Shown piece after piece: positions 1 to 10,710 of a stretch of 64,000 bases of DNA. The translations under genes were made by a program, and so were the position numbers. The notes beneath the pieces are model-generated. The model was not told the DNA's origin, did not search any database, and was given only the letters and a program-made list of their open reading frames with translations. How positions within the stretch are numbered: the stretch's first letter is position 1; every line of letters begins with the position of its first letter. Source of the stretch: a virus; IMG/VR virus record IMGVR_UViG_3300048590_000360, positions 4,202 through 68,201 of that record. The stretch is one strand, 5' to 3'.

Positions 1-65
1 CTTTGAGGGAACGTATCTTTCACATTGTTATACGTTGCGTGTTGGTTGTTAATAGTAACTGCCAT
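1..65 (-). CDS. hypothetical protein, 5' end only (gene runs off window start)
   Basis: ATG at 65-63 (MAVTINNQHATYNNVKDTFPQ..), 19 nt downstream of the giant-gene stop, open to position 1. Confidence 0.3.
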   Translation of the reverse strand, partial: MAVTINNQHATYNNVKDTFPQ

Positions 66-84
66 GATGAATTTTTTTACAAAG

Positions 85-3000
85 TTAACGATTTCTTTCG
101 ACCTTTCTTCTTGATGTACTTCTGGTACTTATACTTCTTGTAGTTACACTTCTTTTATACGACCTTCCCCCTCCTGATTTAGATTCTTTTTTCTTTCCCT
201 TTCGCATAGTCTCAATGGTATAATCAGTATCTCCGTATTTTTTACTCATTACATTGTTTTGGTACCTGATTAATCCTCTAATTGCTGGTGTCCATGCTTT
301 GCTATCTGTGATACCAAAGGAACGGGCAAGGGCATCTAATGCTATAATCCCTGCAATGCGTCTTTCTTCTTCAGTCAACTTTACCCTTTCGATAATTGCT
401 GGTTCATTTTTATACGGGGCTTTCACAACAAAATCAGTTTCGCCAGTAATAAACTGTTCGATGTATGGCGCGGCATTGGCCACATTCTCTATTACAACTG
501 AACCGGAACCAAAAAGGAACGCTAACTGTCCTAATGCAGTTTCATTCTCATATATAGGTAATAAGTCCTTATTCTCATAATCTTCATCTATCATCCCTGC
601 TACAAGGTTTACACCGTGTCTTGCTTTTCCTTCTATTAATGAACCAAATCCCCCAACTGCGGTATCCAGATATGCTTGTATCAATGATTGAACTGCTTGT
701 TCCTTAACATCTTTGTCCTTGAACATTTTCTCCAATAGTTCTTCATCTTCGTCATCAACAACGGCACGAACAAAGGATTCTGCTATAGCTTTAGACAAGG
801 CACCTAACATGATTATCTTTATTCCAGTAAAAACTACTGCTTCAGCGAAATATCCCATCATATCTGCCATTGCTTCACCCCACTCTTTGGAATTTACATG
901 GTGCCTCCTTAACTTTTGAATGTTTAACATCGCTGTCCCACGGGCATTGAAACTAAACGAACTAAACGGTGCAACGGTATTCATGAACATATCTTTCCAC
1001 GCATTCTTTCCACGTTGAACTAAGAAGGAACCCTTAGTGAAATCTGATATATTCTGTGTCCTATCTATCTGTTGGTCTGCATAGGATGACGCTTCAGCAT
1101 CTGGATTCTTAGCTTGTGTATCCCAATCTATTTCGCCCAACGGGATACCCTTTTCTTCAACTAAAAATTTAGTGTAATAAGCTCCCCACGTCTTTTTGGC
1201 TATCCAATAATCTGAATTCTGTAAAGTCCATAACGCTAATTCTTTGGACTTATCAATAACCTTTCCAGCTCCTTTTGTTGCTTGATTTTTAGTAATAAAA
1301 TCAAAGAACTTCATGAATGCACTTTCAGATTGTGATGCTGTTTTTTTAATAGTTTGGTTCACAGGATCGGATTTTGTTCCTGCTTCCATGGACTTCCTTT
1401 CTAATATTGTTCCTTTGGAATAGAAACTGTCAGGCATATTTGAAGGTATCTGTCTGTAGTAGAATTGAACTTTTGGATTGAATGCTAAATTAATCGCTGC
1501 CCTAACATATACACTTGGTACCTGAACCACAAATTGTAAAACGGAACCCAATGCGTTTACAGCACCAATATCCCTTATTCTTTTTGTTACATTGGTGAAC
1601 TCTTTGATTACTTCATTACCGTCACCGGTCATCATATTTCTATGTTGTTTGATGCTATCAATGAGTTTGTTTAATAGAACATTTGATGCGTATTCTCCTG
1701 TCTTGTCAATGAATACAGAATTGTTGAATATCTTTTCTGCCCTTTGCCTTGCGCCAATAGTCTCAATGTAATACATAGAATCCATCATCTTTCTCTCCAC
1801 AACGCTGTCAAAGTCTAAGTCTAATCCGCGTCCTTTCCGCATTTTCATGAACTTCACCCTGTCAATCGTTGTCCCTGCTTGTTTCGTGTCAAGTCCTGGC
1901 TCTCCGTAACTCACATCGTCGAATGATGCTTCTTTAGTAATTGTCTTAGTAGCTGTTGGCGTGTAGTTATCCCATGCTGCTAACATCTTATTGTCATAAG
2001 CTCTCAAAGTTTTATCTAAGTTGCCTTTGAATTGTGCTGCTGTATTTATTCCTAACTGAACAATTTCCCAATTACCAGACTGTTCTGAAGATACTCTTTC
2101 TATAAATGCTTGTGAAGGGTTATCTGTAGCCAATGCCGGTTCTACATATTTTTCAAGAAACTTCTGAATTATTTCGCCTTCTTTTATTAAGGCTTTCTTT
2201 TTGCTTTCCTGTTTAGCAATAGCATCATTCATTAATACTTCTGCACGTTTCCGGAAATCTGAATTCGCATCCCCGTTGTGTTGAATGATATAAGCAATAA
2301 TACCCCTTGCAATTACATTTTCTACAGACCTTAATTCGGGATTCCCTTTGAGAATCTTGGCTAAAGGTTTAACCCATGCTGAATGAATAAATCTTCTTGA
2401 CCTTCCATATCCTGCGTGAATTTCCTGTACACCACTTAACGCTGCAAATTTAGCACCCAATGTAGTAGAATTCATTATGGCTTCCATCATCTGGGAAGTA
2501 CTGAAGTACACATTCTTAATCTTTCCTAATACTCCTTCTATTTGGTGTGTGCTTTGTTTGTCTAACCACTCAATGGTTTGTGCCGCCCTTATTGTTTCGA
2601 CTAATGCGCCAGCGTAATCTACATTCTGATTTGCCACGGCATTATTCAAAGTATTGATTAATTCAATAATATCCCTGTCACTTAACATGTCAGGGGAACT
2701 GTTTAGAATTTCATTAATCAATGCTTTTTCACTGTCATCTAATCCGTCTAAGTCTCCGTCCTGTTCTGCTTGTTTATATTCTTCAATAACTTGCATTGCT
2801 TCATTGAGTAATGCTGTCCGCTTCTCAATATCTATTTCATCCTTTTCGTCGTCGCTGAGTGCATTTTCTTCATTGTACTTTCTAATTTTATCTTGAACTT
2901 GTTCCAATGTATCAGTAGGGTCAAATTTTATATTGTCACCGTACTTTAATATTAACATATCCCGATAATTAGCCTGTACTACTTCTTGTACTACTTTAAG

Positions 3001-6000
3001 TACTGATTCCATTTCAGCATTGGTAATCATTCCTTCTTGGCCTGCATTATCTACAAAGAATATTTCATTATCCTTGTCAAACTTTACCTTTGCGCCTTGC
3101 ACCATTGTTGAAATCTTATCAATTAACGGGGCAAATACTTCATTGAATGTCTTTTCATCAAGATATTTAGGATTGATTTTTAGAATATCTCTGAGGATGG
3201 GTTTCTGTTCCGCAAATACTCTGGTTGTCTTACTTCCCATTGCCTTACGGATACCTTTCATCTTCTTCTTTACTTCATTCTTTCTGCGTTGCTTTTCTGC
3301 GGATTCCTTGTTCCTTTCTTTTGTGACTTTGGCGCGTTGGTTCACCATTTTTTTAACAGCACTATTCTTAGATAGATTGTTCCATGTTCCGGATTGAAAT
3401 ACCGTCTTAAATGCTATTTTGAACAATTCGTCTGCTTCTTTTTTAGATAGTCCGTATCTATTCATTACGTCTTTTACGAATTCAGCCTTTGTGGTTTTAT
3501 CGGTGAGGATTTTCGCGCCATAATCCAACATGTCTTGGCGCGTGTTCAAATAAGTTTGGAACCCTTTAGCAGTATCCCTGAACATTTTCCCTACTTGCTT
3601 TTCTTTCCACCCACGTTCTTTAGCTATATGTTTGACGTGGCTTATTGATAATCCATTCTTCCAGAATAACTGAACGGCTTCACCTACTGTCATATCCGTA
3701 TCCATCATCCCCTGAGTAGCAATCATCTTAGCAAGTGAAGGTGTGAACCCGTAATGCAATATTAAACCTTTTACTACAGCATCATATCCATGTCCTTCTT
3801 GTAGTTTAACTTGTGCATTGATTATCGCTTGGTTATATTCCTGTGGAGTAATGGTATCTAATGTAGTGCTTGTCTTTTTGGCTTTTTGTGGGCGTACTTT
3901 AGGTTTCAGTGAATCAAGGTAACTTTGATATACTTCATTTTCGCTCATCTTGTAATGGTGTGGTAACTTACTAAGGTCTCCACCCATTTTTTTTAACCAC
4001 CATTTTCTATCAACAAACCATTCATTGGTGTATTCTCTGGCAACTTGTTCCGGTGTCTTTTCTTTCTTCTTAGCCCACTTGTGACCCTGTGCTTCCATAC
4101 GTTCACGGAACTTTTGTTCACGGACTTTCTGAACAGGGGTGTCTGTTGTAATAATTGTGCCGGATTTAAATGATTTATGAATACCTTTTATTACTGATTC
4201 TATATCATTTGCTTCGTACAGTTTTGTTGTTTTTAATTTTCCCAATAAATTATTGATAAAATCGGCAATCTTTTGTAAAATGTTCATCTTGTCAGGGAAT
4301 TTCCCTGCGACAATTCGCGCAACGCCTTCAGTAAGAAATTCTATATCCCTATCCGTATCATCATACTGTGAAGCAAAATCGTCTAACTCAGCCAATAACT
4401 CAGGATTTGAACTTCCAAGTAATGTCCTTAATTCGGTTGCTAACTTCTTAACCTTGTCTGGGGAACTTAATACGGTATGTATTCCCTCATGTATTAGACT
4501 TGTCAATAAATTAGGATTAGCAGCGTTCATGTTTACGTGAATCTCATCCCCATCGGCAAAGGCATATACTACTCCATCTTTTTCAATCGCTTTCCCTGCC
4601 CTTTTTTCAAACTGTTTATTGAAATTATCCGCGTCATAATGGAATGTCATAGAACTTCTTAGGGACTGAAATATTCTTGGCAACCACTTAGCCATTCTCC
4701 TTGTAGATTGTGAAGATGTTTTATCCTTCATCATACTTGCAGCAATCTGCCGAATCTCTTTTGTGTTCTTTGCTGTTACAGTTTTCGGTCGTTGGGGTAG
4801 TAATGGTAACTCAGAAAAATCTACAGATTCTTCAACCTCTGTTTCAGTAATTGGTTCGGCTTCGTTTTTTCGTTTTAATACTTCTTTCTGATAGTCTGTC
4901 TGCATAGATTCATCTTCGTAAATACCTATACTATCGTCCCATATCCTTTGTAGTTCTTTTCTCCCTTCTTCTGTACCAACCTTATCTTTAATCATATCAA
5001 GGACTTCAATGGGCGTTTCCATCCAATCACGTTCTACTGCATATTTATTTTCATCATTAATATATTCAAACAATCCTTCAAAGTCAATTACACCTGTGTT
5101 ATCGTCAGTCCATTTCCTTAAAGTATTAATAACTTTATCGTCTTTTTTTGATGCTTTATCACTTGAATCTCTTGCCTTTTCTACAACTTTCTGTGCCGTT
5201 TCCCTATTTAAAGATTTCCCAGTAAGGTTTTCATACATGGTAGCAACTGCCCTTGCTTCTTTACTTACCTTTTGATATTTAGCTTTATATGGATTGGAAA
5301 GTATATAGTCAATAATATCCTGTTCTGATACATATTGTCCTGCCCTTTCGCTAATTTCTTGCGCAATAACATCAAGGGGCATCCCATCTCTACCTTTTCT
5401 TGTTAACCAAAATCTACCAATGGCTTGCCCTATAAGATTCTTATCCCCATAATGTATAAAATCTTGTCTCCTGATTGAGTATTCTCTGATTAATTCACCA
5501 ATATAATCTTCACCGGAAGTGTGTTCAATGTATAATTCTGCAAGTCTCTCAGGCGTGGGTGTTTCCCCTTGACGTAATCCAGTGGCAGTATCTAATTCAT
5601 TAGGGTCAATTTCTTTTCCCGTCTCTATAAGTCTCATAGATTCGTCAAAGAAAAATTCTTTCCCTTCTTCAGTTTCAATCATAGTCAGAATATCATCCTT
5701 ATCTTCTTGACTTAATTCAGTATCTGTTTCTAACCTTTCTTTCACCCAATCATAATCTACGCCGTCTAATCCCATTGAATCACGAATGAACTTCTCTTTA
5801 GGCGTAAATTCCTTTGGTTTAACTTCTTCTTCAACTTGTTCTTCTTTTTTCGGTTCACTGTCATCTTTTTTTCCTTCCGGTTTTTCTATTACACCTGAGT
5901 ATTGGTTAGTACTGTAGTCCTTAAATACCTGTGCGGCACTCTTACCATTACGGAAAATATCTTCTAAGGCTTGTTGTGACTGATTTAATCGCTTCGTTAA

Positions 6001-8673
6001 TTTCTCTTTCTGTTCCGCGTCAACAATATTCGTTTCATCTAATTGTTTGATAGCGTCTTTCAATTCCTCATTGTTAGACAATAAGTGCATCATTACTGCT
6101 GCATCGGATTCACTTTTTGCACCAGCAACGGTAGCTCTTTGAAGATTCTTGTCAAGAATTTCTAACCTTGACTTCATGGCCTGAGAATCTTCCTTCGATA
6201 ACCGTCCTGAATCAACTGCCTTATCAATTCTACGAAGCATATCTGACTTGTTTACTGCCGCATCATATTCTAACAGTAATTGTGTCGGGTGTACTTTTTT
6301 CTTAGCAGTGGCAACTTCATATATCCCTCGTGGGGCACCAATAGCCCACATGCCTAATGCAGAAAATGCTGCGGTCTTAAACACTTCATCGGCACGAATC
6401 TCATCGTCAAAAACATCTTCACCCAATAGATTATTGGAAATATGATTAGTCAGTTTCTCTACTGATAATGACGCAAGTTCTTCAGGCACTTCTTTTAACC
6501 CTTCCCTGTATATTGAATATAATGCACTATTGATAACGTCTTTCTTCGTTAATCTTGTTAAGTCAGTAATTCCATTCGGGGTAAGTAATCGTTTTAAAGT
6601 ATTGTCAGTAATTGCCCTACCCTTTCCTGTAAGAATAAATGTTGAAGGGAAAATAGATTCAGCCATTGCCAATACAGTTCCTGCCGTATTTGCATACAAT
6701 AATGAAGTGGCGTACTGTGAATCAGGATTCATGTAATCTAATTTCTCCATGGCTTCATTGTAGTAATTACCCGTTGTCATTACATAGGATGAAGTCATTA
6801 TCCCTACCCTTGATGCTGCTTTGGCTGATAACCCTGCTAATTGGCCAACCTTTGTCACTCCTGCTGCCGGAATCATAATCGTCCCAATACCTACTAATGT
6901 ATTGGAGAATTCTCTTGTTAAACCATTATTCACTTCGGTCTCAACGGTCCTTTCTAACCTTGCCCGTTTTGTTTCATCACTCATTTCTCCACCCGTAACC
7001 ATATTGTACAATCCTGACATCCCATCTTTAACGGTAATCAATCCGTCATTAATTCCTGTACCAATATCATCAACACGTCTCTCTAACCATGACATATTCT
7101 GATAGTCACGTTCACTGTTTCTTTTAATCTTTTCTAATGCCCTTTGGTCTGTTTCTGCTTGTTTGTAAGCGTTCAAAGTTTCAGGAGTGTCTTTATCCTT
7201 GATTACTGCCATTTCGTACCCTGCCAATAGATGTTTAAGGTACTTGTCGGCACGGTTATGTTTGTAGGTTAATTCAGCAATAGCCTGTTCTTTCTGTTCT
7301 TCTGGTGCATCTGACATATTGATTCGCGCCATTTCTTCAGCATATTCAACTGCCATTTCATTATTGTAATACTTAAAAGCAGATTCCACAAATTCCATAT
7401 CCTTAACTTGGTCATGGGATTTAGTGAATGATGCACTGGAAAAGTCATATCCCTGCTTTTCAATCTTACCTACAGTTTGTTGGTGTCTTTGTGCGTAACT
7501 ATGAAGTACATCGGCAAACACATCCCTTGCATTACTCTCTGAAGGGGTGAACTTTTCGGGGATATCACCAAGAACACCTTTGGCAATTCCCCCCAACTGC
7601 TGCACATTCTCCGGACTTTCACCTTCCACAATATTACCGAACACGTCAACAACAACTTTCTCTCTTGCTGTTTCTTGTTCTTCCTGAGACATATCTTCTA
7701 AAGATACTTTACTTCGTTGTTTTGTCGTTGGTTGGTCGTAAACGTAAAAGTTCACACCTTCATCTGGCATTGTGGTAATTGCCCTATCTATCACGTTTAT
7801 CTTCCCGTCAACGGCTTGCTTTGGTGCGGATATTCTTTGATTTAAGTCTTGTTGGTTAGAAACTACAGGCAAACCTTCCATTGGTTCTACTTTCACTTCA
7901 TCAGATGAAACAGTAAGTTTTGGAATTAACCTTTTATCAATAGTAGTCTTTGGCCTATCTTGTTCCTGTACTTCTGTAACGTCAAAGGTGGGTTTGTATT
8001 TCTTGATATGCTTATCAGCCTTGTTTAAAATCTGTTGCTGTTTCTCATTAATCAATTCAGAATCCAAAAGATTGTATTTCTCTTTGACAAATCTGTTTAA
8101 CAGTCTTTCTTTCTCTTGTGGGTTGTTCTGAATTACTTCGGTACGTACACCATATACCTTTGCCGCTTCGTTCAAGTGGTCATTGTATTCTTCTTCGGTG
8201 AATCCTTTAATTATTTCACTGGTTTTACTTTCGGAGTATGTGTCTATCTCTTTAACTGATAACGGTCTTACTGCTTGTTCTTTAACTATACTTGGTGAAA
8301 CCAATGATTTAACCGCATCCATCTTGGGACGGACAGCGTTATTCGGCTCTTGAACAATTCTCTGAGCAGGTGTTTTACTTGTAGTAGAAGGGGAAACGGA
8401 AGGTGATACTGATGGGACTTCGGAACTTGATTCTTTTTTTTTTTCTGTAAGCTGTTCAACGGAGAATAATTCGGGGTACTTAGAATCTAATTCATTCCAA
8501 TCAGCATACTTTCCTGATGCTGCTGTGGTAGCGTATGAATGTAGAATTTTCTTATCATAAGATGATAATTCGGGATACTTGGCATCTAACTCATTCCATG
8601 TTGCGTATTTTCCTGATGCTGCTGTGGCCGCATAAGAACGCAGTATTTTTTTATTGTCAGTGTCTTTTTCCAT
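85..8673 (-). CDS. giant virion-associated (ejection/polyvalent-like) protein with zincin HExxH motif
   Basis: Single 8.6-kb ORF. N-terminal 33-aa tandem repeat. LIHEGIHTV (HExxH) encoded at nt 4477-4491. Hydrophobic helices near the C-terminus and an Arg/Ser-rich basic tail. Last gene of a 3-gene operon. Function inferred from motif and position only. Confidence 0.6.
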   Translation of the reverse strand: MEKDTDNKKILRSYAATAASGKYATWNELDAKYPELSSYDKKILHSYATTAASGKYADWNELDSKYPELFSVEQLTEKKKESSSEVPSVSPSVSPSTTSKTPAQRIVQEPNNAVRPKMDAVKSLVSPSIVKEQAVRPLSVKEIDTYSESKTSEIIKGFTEEEYNDHLNEAAKVYGVRTEVIQNNPQEKERLLNRFVKEKYNLLDSELINEKQQQILNKADKHIKKYKPTFDVTEVQEQDRPKTTIDKRLIPKLTVSSDEVKVEPMEGLPVVSNQQDLNQRISAPKQAVDGKINVIDRAITTMPDEGVNFYVYDQPTTKQRSKVSLEDMSQEEQETAREKVVVDVFGNIVEGESPENVQQLGGIAKGVLGDIPEKFTPSESNARDVFADVLHSYAQRHQQTVGKIEKQGYDFSSASFTKSHDQVKDMEFVESAFKYYNNEMAVEYAEEMARINMSDAPEEQKEQAIAELTYKHNRADKYLKHLLAGYEMAVIKDKDTPETLNAYKQAETDQRALEKIKRNSERDYQNMSWLERRVDDIGTGINDGLITVKDGMSGLYNMVTGGEMSDETKRARLERTVETEVNNGLTREFSNTLVGIGTIMIPAAGVTKVGQLAGLSAKAASRVGIMTSSYVMTTGNYYNEAMEKLDYMNPDSQYATSLLYANTAGTVLAMAESIFPSTFILTGKGRAITDNTLKRLLTPNGITDLTRLTKKDVINSALYSIYREGLKEVPEELASLSVEKLTNHISNNLLGEDVFDDEIRADEVFKTAAFSALGMWAIGAPRGIYEVATAKKKVHPTQLLLEYDAAVNKSDMLRRIDKAVDSGRLSKEDSQAMKSRLEILDKNLQRATVAGAKSESDAAVMMHLLSNNEELKDAIKQLDETNIVDAEQKEKLTKRLNQSQQALEDIFRNGKSAAQVFKDYSTNQYSGVIEKPEGKKDDSEPKKEEQVEEEVKPKEFTPKEKFIRDSMGLDGVDYDWVKERLETDTELSQEDKDDILTMIETEEGKEFFFDESMRLIETGKEIDPNELDTATGLRQGETPTPERLAELYIEHTSGEDYIGELIREYSIRRQDFIHYGDKNLIGQAIGRFWLTRKGRDGMPLDVIAQEISERAGQYVSEQDIIDYILSNPYKAKYQKVSKEARAVATMYENLTGKSLNRETAQKVVEKARDSSDKASKKDDKVINTLRKWTDDNTGVIDFEGLFEYINDENKYAVERDWMETPIEVLDMIKDKVGTEEGRKELQRIWDDSIGIYEDESMQTDYQKEVLKRKNEAEPITETEVEESVDFSELPLLPQRPKTVTAKNTKEIRQIAASMMKDKTSSQSTRRMAKWLPRIFQSLRSSMTFHYDADNFNKQFEKRAGKAIEKDGVVYAFADGDEIHVNMNAANPNLLTSLIHEGIHTVLSSPDKVKKLATELRTLLGSSNPELLAELDDFASQYDDTDRDIEFLTEGVARIVAGKFPDKMNILQKIADFINNLLGKLKTTKLYEANDIESVIKGIHKSFKSGTIITTDTPVQKVREQKFRERMEAQGHKWAKKKEKTPEQVAREYTNEWFVDRKWWLKKMGGDLSKLPHHYKMSENEVYQSYLDSLKPKVRPQKAKKTSTTLDTITPQEYNQAIINAQVKLQEGHGYDAVVKGLILHYGFTPSLAKMIATQGMMDTDMTVGEAVQLFWKNGLSISHVKHIAKERGWKEKQVGKMFRDTAKGFQTYLNTRQDMLDYGAKILTDKTTKAEFVKDVMNRYGLSKKEADELFKIAFKTVFQSGTWNNLSKNSAVKKMVNQRAKVTKERNKESAEKQRRKNEVKKKMKGIRKAMGSKTTRVFAEQKPILRDILKINPKYLDEKTFNEVFAPLIDKISTMVQGAKVKFDKDNEIFFVDNAGQEGMITNAEMESVLKVVQEVVQANYRDMLILKYGDNIKFDPTDTLEQVQDKIRKYNEENALSDDEKDEIDIEKRTALLNEAMQVIEEYKQAEQDGDLDGLDDSEKALINEILNSSPDMLSDRDIIELINTLNNAVANQNVDYAGALVETIRAAQTIEWLDKQSTHQIEGVLGKIKNVYFSTSQMMEAIMNSTTLGAKFAALSGVQEIHAGYGRSRRFIHSAWVKPLAKILKGNPELRSVENVIARGIIAYIIQHNGDANSDFRKRAEVLMNDAIAKQESKKKALIKEGEIIQKFLEKYVEPALATDNPSQAFIERVSSEQSGNWEIVQLGINTAAQFKGNLDKTLRAYDNKMLAAWDNYTPTATKTITKEASFDDVSYGEPGLDTKQAGTTIDRVKFMKMRKGRGLDLDFDSVVERKMMDSMYYIETIGARQRAEKIFNNSVFIDKTGEYASNVLLNKLIDSIKQHRNMMTGDGNEVIKEFTNVTKRIRDIGAVNALGSVLQFVVQVPSVYVRAAINLAFNPKVQFYYRQIPSNMPDSFYSKGTILERKSMEAGTKSDPVNQTIKKTASQSESAFMKFFDFITKNQATKGAGKVIDKSKELALWTLQNSDYWIAKKTWGAYYTKFLVEEKGIPLGEIDWDTQAKNPDAEASSYADQQIDRTQNISDFTKGSFLVQRGKNAWKDMFMNTVAPFSSFSFNARGTAMLNIQKLRRHHVNSKEWGEAMADMMGYFAEAVVFTGIKIIMLGALSKAIAESFVRAVVDDEDEELLEKMFKDKDVKEQAVQSLIQAYLDTAVGGFGSLIEGKARHGVNLVAGMIDEDYENKDLLPIYENETALGQLAFLFGSGSVVIENVANAAPYIEQFITGETDFVVKAPYKNEPAIIERVKLTEEERRIAGIIALDALARSFGITDSKAWTPAIRGLIRYQNNVMSKKYGDTDYTIETMRKGKKKESKSGGGRSYKRSVTTRSISTRSTSRRKVERNR
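8467..8652 (-). repeat. in-frame 99-bp tandem duplication (33-aa period) at N-terminus of giant protein
   Basis: KKILRSYAATAASGKYATWNELDAKYPEL / KKILHSYATTAASGKYADWNELDSKYPEL, aa 8-36 and 41-69. Confidence 0.8.
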
Positions 8674-8674
8674 A

Positions 8675-10042
8675 TTATCTCATTTCTATATTATCATCAC
8701 CAGATGGTAAAGATGCAGATTTCGGTATCTTCCCTCCCCCAGTTAAGTATTTTTCCATATCATTAACATAGTTAATCCCATAATTTTGTATCAACACGTC
8801 TTTCACTTCGTTATAAGGTCTTATGATAGTGGCATTATCTTTAACAACTTTTTCTGTGTTATCATCTGTGTATGATTCACTTGTTACACCAATAGCATAC
8901 AGACCTTTCTTTCCGTTATAATCACCATAAACTATCTGAGAATAACTTGTCTTCGGATTTACTTTCAATGAAGGAGACTTACCAGTGTCATAACTTAGGT
9001 TCCTTGTGTCTGAAGTAAATGGAATAGCCATATCAATAGTAGCCGGTAATTGTACACCTGTAGGGAATGATAATACTTCGTTTTTTTCACTTATCTTTTC
9101 TGTTCCAGTCCATGGTACGCGTTTAGTCATGACCTTAGTGACAGGGAAGTTATATTCCAAAGTAGTTTGTTCTTCAGGTTTGAATACTATCTTGCCACCT
9201 CTACCTGACAAGTCTCTTACACTTGATTCTACTTGCTGTGTGCTATACTGTAGAAGTACATCATTGGAATAAGATTCCATATCTACTTCACCGTTATCAT
9301 CCACGTATCCGGCTTTCTTTGCCGATTCAATCATTACAGGGTCTGTTTTCCCGTAAGTAACCAAGGCATTCTTATACGCTGCTTGGTCAAGTTGGGTAGA
9401 TGAACCACTAATGTTTTTACCGTCTTTATCAACGGAATATCCTGATGCTTTGAGATGTTTCGCAAATGGTATCTTCTCAATAGCATAGTCAATGGCATTC
9501 GGAAGGTTCTGTTGAGGTTTCCTTGCCTCATTGTACTGTTCTAAGAACTTGTCAGGATTAGCAAGATATTCCGGATTCGTATATAAATCTTCTAATATTC
9601 CTCTTTGTTCTATAGTAAACAATCTTTGATCTTCAGGTTTTGAAGCATCTTGGTCATGCAATGTCTGTAAAAGTTTCAGATATTCTTTCTGTTCTTCGGA
9701 TTGGTCAAGCAACATGTTCATATTCCTTAACTCATCGTAATATTCTTTTTGCATGGTTGGGTCAGTGGCAACTTGTTCCCATCTCCCAGCGAACTTATCG
9801 TCAATAGTATTCCACATTTCCATGATAGACTTACTATCTCTTGTGTAGAATCCGCGTTTATCTTTAAGGTCAAGATATTTGCCTTTGAGTTCATCTGCCG
9901 CTTTTTGTGCTGCTGCTTTTTGTTTTACAGCCCTATCCCTTTCTGATTGGTCAAGGGCGATAGCAAGGTCTATTGGAGCTGACGTATCAAACACCTGTGC
10001 AGCACCATGTCCAATACCTTTAGAAACAGGATTATTCGCCAT
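8675..10042 (-). CDS. hypothetical virion/internal protein (middle gene of the giant-protein operon)
   Basis: ATG at 10042 (MANNPVSKG..) overlaps the upstream stop by 11 nt. The longer track ORF needs a TTG start at 10087. Confidence 0.6.
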   Translation of the reverse strand: MANNPVSKGIGHGAAQVFDTSAPIDLAIALDQSERDRAVKQKAAAQKAADELKGKYLDLKDKRGFYTRDSKSIMEMWNTIDDKFAGRWEQVATDPTMQKEYYDELRNMNMLLDQSEEQKEYLKLLQTLHDQDASKPEDQRLFTIEQRGILEDLYTNPEYLANPDKFLEQYNEARKPQQNLPNAIDYAIEKIPFAKHLKASGYSVDKDGKNISGSSTQLDQAAYKNALVTYGKTDPVMIESAKKAGYVDDNGEVDMESYSNDVLLQYSTQQVESSVRDLSGRGGKIVFKPEEQTTLEYNFPVTKVMTKRVPWTGTEKISEKNEVLSFPTGVQLPATIDMAIPFTSDTRNLSYDTGKSPSLKVNPKTSYSQIVYGDYNGKKGLYAIGVTSESYTDDNTEKVVKDNATIIRPYNEVKDVLIQNYGINYVNDMEKYLTGGGKIPKSASLPSGDDNIEMR

Positions 10043-10655
10043 CTTGGTTTTCTTCGTAATTATCGGTTTCTTCAAATGCAGGGACAATAGGTTTCTTTTG
10101 TTTAAAAGAATATCCTTTATTGATTGCAGCCGTTCCTGCTTTAGCTAAATTAGTCATTCCCCCCATGACATTCTGCATACCGGCTCCAATAAGGGCTTGT
10201 GAACTTTCTAACTTCTGTGTGTATGGGTCTAATTTGTTAATCATAAACTCCTTTTCCTTCTCCGCAGCAATATCAGACTTAGCTTTCATAACGTCTTGTC
10301 TTGCCTGTCTGCGTATTTCAGCATCCATAGAAGTCATACGAAGAAAGTTTTGATTTTGGCTATCCATTAATCCCCCTAATCCCATAAACCCTGCACCACG
10401 TTCTGAACCCTGAGTTAATGCCGTCTGAGTTTGCCTTTCAACGCCTTGGCGCATTAGATTCTCAGAAGCAGCGTCTAACCCTTCGGTAGCAGCGATTTGG
10501 GCTAACCTTAGATTGTCCTCAAATTCTTTGGACATGGTGTATTCCGGCCTATCTAACTTCTTGATTTGCCTTTTTCCTGCAAATGATTGGCCTATACCCA
10601 CCCCAGCCTGAATCACTGAAGGTATTGCCGAAATCGCTAAACTTATTGGATCCAT
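10032..10655 (-). CDS. hypothetical internal virion protein (first gene of operon)
   Basis: ATG at 10655 (MDPISLAIS..) lies 4 nt after the -7 box TATCTTTG. The track's N-terminal extension translates the promoter. Gly/Ala/Met/Gln-rich. Confidence 0.6.
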   Translation of the reverse strand: MDPISLAISAIPSVIQAGVGIGQSFAGKRQIKKLDRPEYTMSKEFEDNLRLAQIAATEGLDAASENLMRQGVERQTQTALTQGSERGAGFMGLGGLMDSQNQNFLRMTSMDAEIRRQARQDVMKAKSDIAAEKEKEFMINKLDPYTQKLESSQALIGAGMQNVMGGMTNLAKAGTAAINKGYSFKQKKPIVPAFEETDNYEENQDGE

Positions 10656-10659
10656 AGTA

Positions 10660-10667
10660 CAAAGATA
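10660..10667 (-). promoter_or_regulatory. Bacteroidota-type -7 box TATCTTTG, 4 nt from ATG (leaderless-type)
   Basis: Minus strand reads TTATCTTTGtactATG. Confidence 0.5.
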
Positions 10668-10695
10668 ATTTTTTTTGTTGGATAAAAAAAAGCTA

Positions 10696-10703
10696 TATAT
10701 TTG
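10696..10703 (+). promoter_or_regulatory. Bacteroidota-type -7 box TATATTTG (divergent promoter)
   Basis: TATATTTGtattctgATG, 7 nt before the ATG at 10711. Confidence 0.45.
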
Positions 10704-10710
10704 TATTCTG

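Noticed and set aside
254-8771. Plus-strand and alternative-frame ORFs of 60-125 aa inside the giant gene (for example 254..580, 3020..3397, 7269..7463)
   Set aside because: All lie wholly inside one uninterrupted 8.6-kb ORF and have low-complexity, Ser/Leu/Phe-rich antisense-type composition. They are shadow ORFs. The same applies to similar ORFs within other long genes.
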